Assembly: GCF_037042905.1 (NCBI RefSeq)
Contig: NC_087251.1
Coordinates: 43,712,001 to 43,776,000, forward strand
Direction of reading: 5' to 3'
Length of the DNA: 64,000 nucleotides
DNA from: Lytechinus pictus
Taxonomy: Eukaryota
Below, piece by piece: positions 39,930 through 52,685 of the stretch. The notes beneath the pieces were generated by a model. The model was given only the letters and a program-made list of their open reading frames with translations, was not told the DNA's origin and ran no database searches. The first letter of the stretch is position 1; each line of letters begins with the position of its first letter. Position numbers and translations under genes: made by a program.

Positions 39930-40196
39930 GTATCTTGACAATAATAGGCCTATTTTAGGTCAATCTTTCAAAATTGTGACAAACTTTTACATCACAAAAA
40001 TGCACATATGGGACTGAACTTTAGCATATGATTTGCACCATCACCATGCACCAGCGAATATAATAGTAATAGTAATACCGGTATTCCTGAACAATTGCCA
40101 TGACCATGCATGCCCATGTCATGATGAGACCTCTAAATTAAGGTTTTGATCATAAAGAAATACATTGTCATGACTCATGGATAAAGTAGACTTAAC

Positions 40197-40649
40197 CAGT
40201 AGAGGCGCACGGCCAATATGGGAGACTCTCTCCAATAGCAATAGGGGAGACAATCTCCCACATTGGAGACTTGCTTTGCAAAAGGACAAAAGAAACAACA
40301 CCAACAAAAGCATGATTTTTTCAACCAAAAATTTTGTCTCACTGAGGTCAGAAGCCCATTTGTTTTGTGTGTGATTGACAACAAAAATCCTTATCAAAAC
40401 AAAAGTAGACGGTGAATTTTTAAAGTAGAAGGTGAAAAAGGGTAATTTTTCATGAGGAATCTCCTTATCACATTTTTATTTGCCGCCAAGGTAATCCTTT
40501 TGCAGCAAATGTAAACAAAGGAAATTGGTCGCCAAAACTGGAGACCGTCTCTGAAATTGGATACCCAAATTCTTTACAAAAGTCTCTGATATTGGAGATA
40601 ATCTCCCACATTGGAGACAGTCTCCAATATTGGCCGTGCGCCTCTACTG
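40197..40649. mobile_element. TIR MITE with 5-bp TSD
   Basis: 31-bp TIR CAGTAGAGGCGCACGGCCAATAT(G/T)GGAGACT with one mismatch; TTAAC on both sides. Confidence 0.9.
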
Positions 40650-42736
40650 TTAACTTCTTGACTTAAAGTACATAATGCATAACAAAGTCTCAAAAGACTC
40701 AATGCTCAAAATCAAAATTTTTTTTTTTTAATTCATCAGGTTTTTTTTGTACTAAAAATTTAAAAGTCTAACTTCTCTAACTCTAAGTAAAACAGAGACC
40801 AGAGTCAGAAATTTTTGATTGTCAGACTGAGAGGAGAAGAGAGGCCTTCCCCTTTTAAAAACGAAACCTGGAATTCCAGTGGAATTAACTCTAAAACTAA
40901 AAGTTCCTGGAATTTTACAAAATATCTCAGAATTTTACAAATGTTCTCCAGTCTTTCATAGATGTTATGTACTTCTTTTCTAAAGTATGCAAAAAAGATG
41001 AAATATAGGGCCCAGTGCTGTAATGAGTCAAAAATATTGAGGGGGCAAAATATGACCAAAGACGTATCGGGGAAAAGAATTGCTAGTGAAGCGAGTGAGC
41101 GAAAATTTTGACATTTTCATTACAAAGATCTAACTTTGAGATAGATTTTGACATAATGTTCAGAAAATAATATAATTCCTGGAAATGATAACTTCCCGAA
41201 ATGATCTTGGAAAAGGGCAAAACTTCCCGGAATTTCCTGGATTACGGGAAGAGTGGAAGCCTTGAGGAAGGCTGACGTTAGAGCCTAAGTTAGGCTCAGC
41301 TCAGTCAGACTCAGTAAGATCCCTTAGAGCTTCGCAGAGGCTCATGGCATGGCCAATATTGGAATCAATTGGAAGATTTACTTCCATAATGGTGTACTAG
41401 TATTGATTCTTATTATATTGATTTTATTTGACCTTTATATTGGCTTAATTTGACAAATTGACCTTATTATATTGACTTTATTTGACTTTTATATTGACCA
41501 ACGAACGTAGAGGGCAGCGACACAGCAGTGTTGCTTTTAGGAAGGTCCACTCGATACGCGCATACAATTGAAGTTTGCGAACAAGGCATGCCAACAAAAC
41601 CATGCATCAACACAATACAATCTCGGATAAATAGCGAAATATAGACAAAAATGACAGATTATCACAAAAATACATTTAACTAATAGAAAAACAAAAGTAT
41701 GGCAAGTTCCCTCAAGTCTGTGCACATGCGTACATGTATCTGCGCGATTCTAGTAAAAGAAGATATGCAAGGAACACAGACTTTACACATGCAATACATA
41801 GACAGATATTCATTGAAAAATCTGACTCAAATGGTGGGAAAATAATGAATTTAGGGCGTTTCATGTGACGACCTCAAAATGCAGCCTTTCTCATCAAAAT
41901 CCCTGAATCGTGTGCAAAGTGAATGGGTGCGCAGACATGGGGTACCATTTTTTTTTTCAATCTGAAAATAACTGCCCGAGGTTTTTATATAAGAAATTCC
42001 TATATTTCTTTCAAATTTTTATGAGATATTTGTTACACTTACTCATAATAATATAAGGAACATTATTAAATGAAAGATTTTGTGAAATAAGAAGTTCATG
42101 TTAAATCTTAACTCAAATTGTTAGGTGCGCAGACTTTGGGACCACCATCGTATTAATCAAATTCGTTCAATCAATCTTGCCTTGGCGTTGCTAGTGTATT
42201 GGCCAGATTCGATCACTGCCTGATGGATTGCCAAGAGCTAGCCCGGATTTGTGGATACATGTACAGCATACTTATTTTTCATATTTTCAGACTCTTGATG
42301 GATTGCAAAGAGCTAGCCTGGATTTGTGGATATAACATACTTATTTCATATTTTCAGACTCCAATCTGCATTGAAAGTGAAAATTAAGATTCTAACCTTG
42401 AACATTCATCGTTGCTCAACTGCTTTAGTGCCACAACAATGACAGACCAAGTCCATGTCATTCAAGTCCATATGTAGCTAAGTCAAATCTACCAAAAAAG
42501 TGCACTGAGAGAAAACGGTCACAAAATCTTAGCCAAGAGGATCTTTCTAATACATGTAGCAACAATTCCGTGTGTTGCTGCCCTCTACGTCCGTTGATAT
42601 TGATTTTATTTGACCTTTTTACATGTAAGTTGTAATGGGCTATATACAAACTTTTCAATCATTATTATTATTCATCTCTATAAATATTTATATTATTATA
42701 TTAATATTGGCTCTAATTTTATCTTGTTGCTTTCAG

Positions 42737-42815
42737 ATGAGAGACAAGACAGTGCACCAGCTGGTGGTGGTGACTCAGGAGGGTTTACTGGTAGTCTCAG
42801 TATTGAAGATACAAA
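42737..42815 (+). CDS. SART1: SART1 exon 2 (first half of HIND motif)
   Basis: tttcag acceptor, gtaagt donor; DERQDSAPAGGGDSGGFTGSLSIEDT(N); joins exon 3 to give SLSIEDTNKLRAKLGLAPL, the Hub1/UBL5-interaction motif. Confidence 0.93.
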
Positions 42816-43901
42816 GTAAGTTCAGTTTACTAATTTTATGCCTTCTGAAAGTCTGCATAAATATGTTTAAAAAAAGTATACTGTCATCTGTGTCAGGATC
42901 ATTCAAAATGTATATCAATATAGATCTTGTTAATAAGTAAATGCAATGACAATCCACTTAGATACCATAATTCACAGCTTTGAATAGAAGTTGTTTGGGC
43001 ATGGTTTCTCTAATTGTATTTCAACTGTGTGTGTTTTTTTTTAAAAGTAAATGTTATAAAGTTCTTCCAAATTTCCAACAATGAACATTGTTGCATAATG
43101 ATCAAGGTTACATGTACTTTGCATTTGTCCACTCAAACTTGTAAGCAAATTTTGAAATAGTGGAGAAATACTTGCCCAACATTGAATTTAATTACCCAAA
43201 ACATATGAGTATAACAACATTTTCAAGAGGGGGGGGGGGGGGGGGGGTGGTGAGTGGTGTCTTCACTTTATTTTTATCCAGTACATTCATATTGACTTTT
43301 TAAACTTAAAAACCACAAAGCAACATCAAACTGATAAATTCAAGATTGTTTTATCTTACAAACTCAAGACCAATTATAAGACATATATATGTATGCTCCT
43401 GCTTGTTGCAGTTAATTTTACATTGAGAAATTTTGTGTTTTGAAGGATGAATTGTGTAGTGTGAAAACTTTAAAGAAAATACACTTTTATTAGTGAATTA
43501 TTGATCGCCCAATTCAGGCATTTTGCTCACTATATATCCTTTAAGTTGTCATTAGAGTGGCGGTGCAGTACCACTGGTGCTCAATTGTTATTTTTTTCAA
43601 GCAATCTCTTTATGATGACATTTTTGCATTTTTTTTTTGAAATGATATATTTTAGTACACTTATTCAATGATTCACCATTCAAAGTATCACCATATCATG
43701 TTTATTATGTTATGAAAAATGTATTACATGAATGCCAAAGAGAGCAAATTAAATGAGTATGAAATAAAATATATAAAATCAACTGAAAATATATGTAAAA
43801 TAATATCAAGTCAGTGCACATATTCCAAAGTTCCTAAAAACAAATAGATGAGTAATAATATCAGTTTACTGATCTGTGAGATTTGTATTGACCTTAAACA
43901 G

Positions 43902-44096
43902 CAAACTTCGAGCCAAACTAGGGCTTGCTCCATTGGATGTTGACGGTGAGGGGGCTGGAGAACCGGGGGAGATCGTGGAAGAGAAGAAAGATGTCCACAA
44001 GCCCGCAGTCAACATTTCTGATATCAAGAAGACAGAGGCTCTTAAAGAGAAAATGGCACAGATTCGTGAGAAGAGACTCATAAACAAGAAGCTACA
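43902..44096 (+). CDS. SART1: SART1 exon 3
   Basis: aacag/gtaagt; KLRAKLGLAPLDVDGEG...VHKPAVNISDIKKTEALKEKMAQIREKRLINKKL; phase 2-2. Confidence 0.95.
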
Positions 44097-44158
44097 GTAA
44101 GTGTTCTGTAAAAAGCTTTTATGTGTGTAAGTCGATATAGTATAGAATCAAACCTTAA

Positions 44159-44553
44159 AGAGAAATTCCAGTAGTTGCAGTAAACACTGATTTCATGAGA
44201 AAGTCTGTAAAACCAGGTTTAATTGTCAGTATATCATCGAGGATCTAGATCTGGTACAGTTACATAAACTGAACTTTGTGAAATCTTGAAATCTACGCTG
44301 AAAAATGTTCAGACTGAACTTCCCCAACACAGATAAGCGCACGTGGGACAGTGTATAATTATTGCTTTGAGCGTCGGGCCCGACGCTCTACCCGAATCCT
44401 GTGCTTATTTGCTGATTTCTCAGCAATTACACAATTTCTTCCAGAATCCTTTGGCACATGCGTTTTATTTATACAAACAGACACTTTGGTGGTCATTTCA
44501 TTGGATTCTGTACGAACTCATTTTGATATCGTTACCAAAACTAGCATTTACCT
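44159..44553 (+). mobile_element. TTAA MITE family K3
   Basis: TTAA TSD; highly similar to 63319-63712; older copy at about 53780-54153. Confidence 0.9.
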
Positions 44554-44558
44554 TTAAC

Positions 44559-44758
44559 CAGGGCTCGACATTAGCAGTGGCCCGGTGGCCCTGGGCAACC
44601 AAAAGTGAGAGTCGGGCCACCAAAATTCTGTAAACGCCAACACTTGGTTTATTGTTTTAGGGCCACTAAGTTTGCTTTGCGGGCCACAAAAAATGTGAAA
44701 TTGATGATCCTGGTGGACCGATCGGGCCACAGAGAAAAAAAGTTAGTGTGGAGCCTTG
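44559..44758. mobile_element. hAT-like MITE
   Basis: CAGGGCTCGACATTA...TTAGTGTGGAGCCTTG, imperfect about 8-bp TSD, internal GGGCCAC repeats. Confidence 0.6.
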
Positions 44759-44883
44759 CCTTAACCCTAAGCACAAGATAGAAGCTCGATTTTTCCTACA
44801 ACATTGGACATAATATGATTGAGTGATACATAAAGAATTGATGCAATACCCACTGTCCCCTTAATCATTTCTGAAAATATTCA

Positions 44884-45335
44884 AGGACAAGTCCATGCCA
44901 ACAAAAAGTTGATTTGAATAAAAAGAGAAAATTCCAAGAAGCATAACACTGAAAATTTCATCAAAATCGGATGTACTGTAAAATAAGAAAGTTATGACAT
45001 TTTAAACTTTTGCTAAATTTCACAAAACAGTTATGCACTTTCTGGTTGGTATGCAAATGAGGAGACTGATGACATCACCCACTCTTTCTTTTGTATTTTA
45101 TTATATGAAAAATTCTATTTTTTTCCTCATGGTCATGTGACACAAAGTTTAACCCCCCCTGATCATGTGAAATTACCAGTTTTTAGAACATTTTATGGTT
45201 CAGTCCAGTTGGTCTCTATTGTCTAATCTGTAGATATTAAAATATTGTATATAATCCAAAAAAAAAAAATAGTGAGGGACATCATTGACTCCCTCAATTG
45301 TACATATAACTGTTTTGGGGAAAATAAACCAAAAT
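44884..45335. mobile_element. MITE family K2, truncated
   Basis: Aligns to 14390-14850. Confidence 0.8.
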
Positions 45336-45459
45336 TAGGTAAAATGAATAATAGAATATGCAATCAAATACTTTGGTCGGGTGACTGCAATTTGTGTGTA
45401 TGTTAATTCAAGTCAAGATATTGAGCAAGGTTTTGACTGTAATTGTATGTTATTTACAG

Positions 45460-45562
45460 CAAAGTCAAGACCTTAGCTGATGATGATGACGATGATGATG
45501 CCGCAGCTTGGGTGGAGAAGATGAGGAAGAAACAGGTTGCTAAGGCTGAAGCAGACAAGAGG
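45460..45562 (+). CDS. SART1: SART1 exon 4
   Basis: ttacag/gtgagt; KVKTLADDDDDDDAAAWVEKMRKKQVAKAEADKR; phase 2-0. Confidence 0.95.
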
Positions 45563-47273
45563 GTGAGTTATCAGTTGGAGGAGAGAGAGAGAGATAGAGA
45601 GAGGTAGAGGAAAGCGATAGAGAAAGGGGATAGAGAAAGAAAGAGAGAGAGAGAGAGAGAAAGGAAAGACAAGGGAACATAAATAAAGGAGGTAAAAAAA
45701 ACAATATGAAGCATACTGGTTTTGCCATATCAACACAGATATTCAGTCAGACCGCAGGTCCCTATGCTAATGAGCAAAAAGGCCAGATTCATCCAAATCA
45801 TCTCGTGGCTGAATCCTCCTTCTTGCAAAATCTCGTGATTCGTGAGATTTTCTTTCTCTAAGAATTTACCTGTTTTAACCTCAAGTTAAATGAAATATTA
45901 TTGCACCATCAGATAGAGTAAATGTTACTCTTTCATATTGGTCATTTATTTTGTATACAATATTTTGTTAAATAAGTATATTTCTAGCCTGAAATTGTGC
46001 CTCAAAACTGAATTTTCTTCCTCTGTTTTCTTTTGCAAATTGTGCAAAACTTTTTATTTTGAGCCTCAATGATATCTATATCACCATAAAGCTGAACTTC
46101 TGTATTTTCTGACAATACCACTCTTGATATGCGGCACCTTTTAATCGGGTCAAGATCACACATTTCCCACCAAGGTACAAGACGAGATTTCTGAAATTTT
46201 GTACTTGCATGAAATCCAGAGTTCTGATTGGCTGGATAAGGTTCACAGAACAACAGGCGCAGGGTATTTGAGGAGATTACCACATGGGAAGTGTGACCTT
46301 CCCATGAACCCAGGCACTGGAACCGTTGGAATTGCCAGTGTGTGGTCTCTTTGACCAATCAGAGTGCAATATTCTTGTTTTCAAGCTGCTTTATGTACTT
46401 GGCAAATGAAAAGTGTGATCTTGACCCGATTAAACCAATTCTTATTTTGAAACCTATATCATTTTAAAGCATACATATTCAGCTTTATCATGATCTAAAA
46501 ATCATTTGGGCACAAACAAAAATAAAGTGTGAAAATAGCAGCTTTTGTCAGGTGAAAATAATTATTTTGTAGCATATTTTAGATCAAAATTTTAACCTAT
46601 TTACAAAATCTTTGAATAATTTCAAACACATGACCTGAAAGAATGATTCTTCTTCTTTACAATGATACCAAATTCATGACATTCGATGCACAATTAGAGC
46701 AGCAATGACCGAATGAAAAGAGGTGTTCTGGTCCGCATCAAGCTCATTAAATATGCAAAACATCTCAAGTCATGAATATCACTTGGATGAAAGAAGCCAC
46801 TTTCTTGGGACCTGCCGTCTGACTGTATTTTGGTAGAATTTGTAAGAATTTCAGTTGAAATTGTAAGAAATTCCAAAGGAAATTTGTATCAAAGATGACT
46901 TCATATGCAGAAAAAGAGACTTTTTGTAATAATTAAGTGTTGCGTTGTGAGAAACAACTGAAAAGCCTGGGGTTTTGAGGGATAACGTAAAGTGACATGA
47001 TATGTGGAATCTTAGGGAAGGGATTATTATCTGCATATTGTAAACATCTTGAGGGAAGAAAAAAAATATATATTTTTTGTTTTTGTGTTGAGTAGTTAGT
47101 TCGCAATTCAGGATTCAGATGTTGTTTGAAGTGAAAAATTTTGACATTGTTTCCACGTAGAAAACAAATATGAAAAACAGTTGACTGTAGTGAACCATGT
47201 TTTATAATTGAATAGAAAATAACTTGAATTACTCACAACATTGTAATAATTTCTTTCTACGTTCATATTTCAG

Positions 47274-47357
47274 GCAAAGATGCTGGAGGAGATGGATGCA
47301 GAATTTGGTATTGGAAAAATTGTCGAGGATGAATTCAGCAAGACTAAAGAGCAAAGT
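47274..47357 (+). CDS. SART1: SART1 exon 5
   Basis: tttcag/gtaagt; AKMLEEMDAEFGIGKIVEDEFSKTKEQS; phase 0-0. Confidence 0.95.
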
Positions 47358-47794
47358 GTAAGTATGCTTGTCATCATGATCAATCCAATGTTTTAAATCC
47401 GGTTTTGTCCCCGTGAATGGGGGTGGCCGATTTCACCTCACACTCGCCCTTACCCCCCTCCCTCCACTTTGCCCGATTCAGTGCATTCTCCATCCTCTAC
47501 CTAACCCTCCTATTCTCCTCCTCCACTTGCCTCTTCCATGTCTTCTTTGGCCGTCCCCTCCTCCTCCTCGAACCACCCACCTCAAACTCAAAAGCCCTTC
47601 TCAATACACGCCCGTCATTCTTCTTCAACTTAAGTAAAGCGGTGAAATCATACTTCTTGAAGTTCAATGGAAAATGTAGTTTATAGAATCACCACATACC
47701 CAACTTTGTATTTTATTGATTTCAAATGTACAATTGTTTTACAGGAAGTATGGTTGAATTGATTGGAACCATAGACTCATCTTTTCCATCTCGC

Positions 47795-48910
47795 AACTAC
47801 CACCACTGTCATCACCTTCACCACCACCACCGCCATGAAAACAATCGTCAATGTCACAGCAAGCACCGCCTTCAACCATCACTACCACCACCACTATCAC
47901 CAATACCACCACCACCAATCACCCTCATCACCACCACTACCACCACCACCAATCACCCTCATCACCACCACCACCACTACCACCAATCACCCTCATCACC
48001 ACCACTACCACCACCTCCACCACCACCACCAATTACCCTCATCACTACCACCACCACCACCAATCACCCTCATCACTACCACCACCAATACCACCACCAC
48101 CAATCACCACTATTACCAATACCACTACCACCAATCACCCTCATCACCACCACTACCACCACCTCCACCACCACCACCAATTACCCTCATCACTACCACC
48201 ACCACCAATCACCCTCATCACTACCACCACCAATACCACCACCACCAATCACCACTACTACCAATACCACTACCACCAATCACCCTCATCACCACCACCA
48301 CCACCACCACCACCTCCACCACCAATTACCCTCATCACTACCACCACCACCAATCACCCTCATCACTACCACCACCAATACCACCACTATTACCAATACC
48401 ACTATCACCAATTACCCTCATCACTACCACCACCACCAATCACCCTCATCACTACCACCACTACTACCAATACCACTACCACCAATCACCCTCATCACCA
48501 CCACTACCACCACCTCCACCACCACCACCAATTACCCTCATCACTACCACCACCACCAATCACCCTCGTCACTACCACCACCAATACCACCACCACCAAT
48601 CACCACTACTACCAATACCACTACCACCAAACACCCTCATCACCACCACCTCCACCACCACCACCAATTACCCTCATCACTACCACCACCACCAATCACC
48701 CTCATCACTACCACCACCAATACCACCACCACCAATCACCCTCATCACCACTACTACCAATACCACCACCACCAATCACCCTCATCACCACCACTACCAT
48801 CACCACTACCACCCCCACCACCAATCACTCTCATCACCACCAATACCACCACCTCCACTTCACATTTATTACCAACAACCTCAACCTCACTGCCACCACC
48901 ATCATGACTA
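47795..48910. repeat. Compound (CAC)n-based minisatellite in SART1 intron 5
   Basis: Recurrent CCAATCACCCTCATCAC(C/T)ACCACC modules. Confidence 0.97.
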
Positions 48911-49099
48911 CCATGCACTAAAGACTGTGATATTTATCGCAATATGAATGAGTGTGACAGTGATTATATTGATGCTATTACACTGCTTTAATTATTTATC
49001 CCTTGTAAATGGACTAATGTGGTTTTTTAATGATATATTTCAGATACATAAATGAATGCAAAATAATGTATTTTATTTGACTTCCTCAAAATAATACAG

Positions 49100-49196
49100 A
49101 AATACTCTCGGAGAAACTTGGAAGGTTTTAAAGTGGAACATTCGATGAAGAACTTTCAAGAAGGACAAAATGTCATTCTTACATTAAAAGATATGG
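49100..49196 (+). CDS. SART1: SART1 exon 6
   Basis: atacag/gtaagt; KYSRRNLEGFKVEHSMKNFQEGQNVILTLKDM (conserved ILTLKD); phase 0-1. Confidence 0.95.
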
Positions 49197-49667
49197 GTAA
49201 GTAGTAAGTCTACATGTTTGAACTTATGAAATCGCTTTATATGGAAAAAAAATGTACTGGAATGTTCTTTCTAGTTTCGATACTAATATTTATTACCATT
49301 TACTGTTCTGTAAAGATGATATGTTTGCGGAAAATGGTATGCCATAAACCTAAACCATAGGCATAGGGACATTGGTGAAGTTGTTAAGAGACGAGAGGAA
49401 GTTTGGTTTATGAGGTCAATATTCGAGTACAGAATGTAAGGCAATGTTGTATGAGACCCTTTGCAATCAATTACAAATTTCTGTTGCAATTTTACAATTG
49501 ATAGATCAATGTTAGCTTTTTTTAAGCCAGCATACACTCCTTGTAAGAAGCAGATTAGTGATCAAGTGTAAATTAGCTATTAATTGCAAGACATACATAT
49601 GATTGATGTTTGAGACCCAAAATAGATGTGCAATTGATTGCAAGTTTCTTGCAACGCCCCATAAGAT

Positions 49668-50349
49668 TTTTATGCCCCGCAGACGAAGTCCGAAGGGGAC
49701 ATTAAGCGTTGCCCTTGACCGTCCGTCCCCCACTGGTTTCCGCGCAATAACTCGAAAAATATTTAATGGATTTGAAAAATTTTTAGTGTGTAGGTAGATG
49801 ACACCAAAATACAAGCTAAGTTTGAATTTGGAGTGTGCAGGTCAAAGGTCACAGCTCATTATATATGCGAGTTTTTTTTCCACATGATAACTTTGGAAAT
49901 ATTCACCAGATATTAAAAATGTTTGGTGTCTGGGTAGATGACACCAACACCAAAATACAGGCTAAGTTTGAAATCGGAGTCCAAAGCTCACAGCTCATTA
50001 TATATGCGAGTTGGTTTCCGCATGATAACTTTGGAAGTATTCACCAGAATCAATCCCAGTTCAAGACACTGCTGCAAGTAGCTGTATTGAAAAAATTTAT
50101 GAGACAGCAAGACCACATTTTCATATGACACAATGAAGTGAGGGATTATCCACATCAAATGACCTGACTGTCATATCTTCTGTCAGAGATTATTATGGAA
50201 AGGATGAGTCTTTAGGTCAAAGGTCTAAATTTGTTCATTATATATGCATATTGGTTTCTGCACGATATTAAGTTCAGTCATATTGAATGAATTTCTGATC
50301 GCGTTATGCGGGGCATCTGTGTTTTTTTGAAAACATCAAATTTCTAGTT
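49668..50349 (+). mobile_element. Helentron/DINE-1-like element, further family
   Basis: ATGCCCCGCA...TGCGGGGCAT subterminal IRs, (CCGT)n, 3' TCTAGTT. Confidence 0.7.
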
Positions 50350-50412
50350 TAATCAAAGGTTGTTTACTTTTTTAAACACATAATTCCTTGTCTTTTCTTT
50401 TACCATATGTAG

Positions 50413-50552
50413 ATGGCCTGCAGGAAGAAGAAGATGTATTAGTGAATGTTAACATGATCGATAACGAGAGAGCTAAGAAAAATGTCGAACTGAGAAAGAA
50501 GAAACCAGATTACAAGGCTTACCAAGAAGATGACTTTGATGAAGATGGAATG
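50413..50552 (+). CDS. SART1: SART1 exon 7
   Basis: tgtag/gtgagt; DGLQEEEDVLVNVNMIDNERAKKNVELRKKKPDYKAYQEDDFDEDGM; phase 1-0. Confidence 0.95.
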
Positions 50553-51293
50553 GTGAGTCAATTCTAACATTATCTGGAGATACAAAATAAAAGATACTTC
50601 TATCGGTCCTTGAATGCAGGCACAACATAAAAATTTTGGTGATTCCAATGGCTTCAAATACATATAAAAAAAAACCAAGAGATGGGAAGAAACTACATAT
50701 GTACAATATATTATAACATTGTGCAAATATCTTTCTGCAATATATACCCTTTGAAATTCATTAGTCAAAAGTAAGATGACTGTCTACTCCTGAATTCATG
50801 TACTTGCCCCATGAACACTTTATTTTTGTGACTTAATATTCAATTTTCTCAATTTTAAAGCATCCATGATTATGTGTGCAGGCATTGTGATATCACAAGT
50901 TTTGGCCGTGGTTCAATGCATATGAGTAACAAGCCAGTAAACATAGGCGTAAAACCTGCCTTAGTTTCTATACCATTGGCTTGTTATATGATATAGGGCC
51001 ATATTGTCCAAAAGTTGAAGGACAAGCTATTCTTGTTTTCAGTTTTGTAATATTTGGAGCGTGTAAAGTAATAATAATAATAGTAATATTCTGCTTTGAT
51101 TTAGCACTCTACATATTTAAAGTGTCTTACAATGTATTATTACCATCGTAATCAGATTTACCTAGATATACCTTGATTTTCAATGCTCAGCCAACTTGTC
51201 CACGAATATGCCCATTTATATACAGATTTCTTAGAAGTTTGTCTTTTAATGTGAAAGTAATGTTAGTTTTCCAAACCTATCTTCCTGTAACAG

Positions 51294-51440
51294 TTCCGGC
51301 ACAAGACACTTCTTGGCAAGTATGATGAAGAGATCGAAGGAGAGCAGAAGAGATCGTTTCGTCTCAACCAATCAGGAATTGCCAATGTGGGTGATGAAGA
51401 TTATATGCAGAACATCCGAGATCAACTTAAGCAACAGGCT
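51294..51440 (+). CDS. SART1: SART1 exon 8
   Basis: taacag/gtaagt; FRHKTLLGKYDEEIEGEQKRSFRLNQSG...QLKQQA; phase 0-0. Confidence 0.95.
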
Positions 51441-51686
51441 GTAAGTATCTGTTCCATTCGGTGGATTCACAGTATGGTGCGCCACCTATCAGTTGCAGCG
51501 GACAGGCTGATATTCGCAATGCCTAATGGGAAATAAGTTGACATCTGTAGTGCGCGCTAGTGCATGCAAGGATTATGCTGCGCTGGCCGACGCGGCTCGG
51601 CCGGCTTGCATAAAATTTTACTGTTAACCAGGGTCCAGGAAGTGGGAGAGAAATTTGCCGCATATTTCTTTGCGAATTTTAGACTT

Positions 51687-52685
51687 TTTTTGTCTCACCT
51701 GCATAGCAGAGTGAGACTTTAGGCGCCGCTTTTCCGACGGCGGCGGCGGCGGCGGCGTCAACACCAAATCTTAACCAAAGGTTAAGTTTTTGAAATGACA
51801 GCATAACTTAGAAAGTATATGGACCTAGTTCATGAAACTTGGCCATAAGGTTGATCAAGTATTACTGAATATCCTGCTTGAGTTTCAGGTCACATGACCA
51901 AGGTCAAAGGTCATTTAGGGTCAATGTACTTTGGCCAAATTGGGGGTATCTGTTGAATTACCATCATAACTTTGGAAGTTTATGTATCTGATTCATGAAA
52001 CTTAGACATAATAGTAATCACGTATCACTGAACATCCTGTGCAAGTTTCGGGTCACATGATTAAGGTCAAAGGTCATTTAGGGTCAATGAACTTTGGTCA
52101 AATTGGGGGTATTTGTTGAATTACCATCATAACTTTGAAAGTTTATCGGTCTAGTTCATAAAACTTGGACATAGAGTAATTAAGTATCACTGAACATCCT
52201 GTGCGAATTTCAGGTCACATGACCAATGTCAAAGGTCAATGAACTTTTTCTATAATGGGGGTATTTGTTGAATTACCATCATAACTCTGTAAGTATATTG
52301 GTCTAGTTCATAAAACTTGGACATAAGAGTCATCAAGTATCACTGAACATCTCATGCGAGTGTCAGGTCACTTGACCAAAGTCAAAGATCATTTAAGATC
52401 ATTGAACTTTGACCATTTTAGAGGTAATCATTAGATTGCTGTCATAACTTTCAAAGTTTATAGATATAGTGTATAAAATGTGGATATAGGGGTAATCAAG
52501 TATCACTGACAAGTTTTAGGTCACATGATCAGGGTCAAATGTCAATGAACGTAGTATTGTATCATTATATGAATGGTGTTTGTTGTGAATAATTATTTTA
52601 TAGTAGTTTTCAGAGTCAGCACTGCTGCTACATGTATATTGAAATGCTTGAGGCAGGTGAGATCGCCAGAGGCATTCCACTTGTT
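51687..52685 (+). mobile_element. Helentron/DINE-1-like element, full copy (nested in a TIR MITE 51457-52849)
   Basis: 5' T-run + GTCTCACCTGC, (GGC)n, about 130-bp internal repeats rich in AGGTCA, 3' GCAGGTGAGA...GGCATTCCACTTGTT. Confidence 0.8.

Noticed and set aside
47726..48947. Long His/Pro/Thr-rich ORFs (356-393 aa)
   Set aside because: Translations of a (CAC)n minisatellite within SART1 intron 5; exons 5 and 6 join in frame without it
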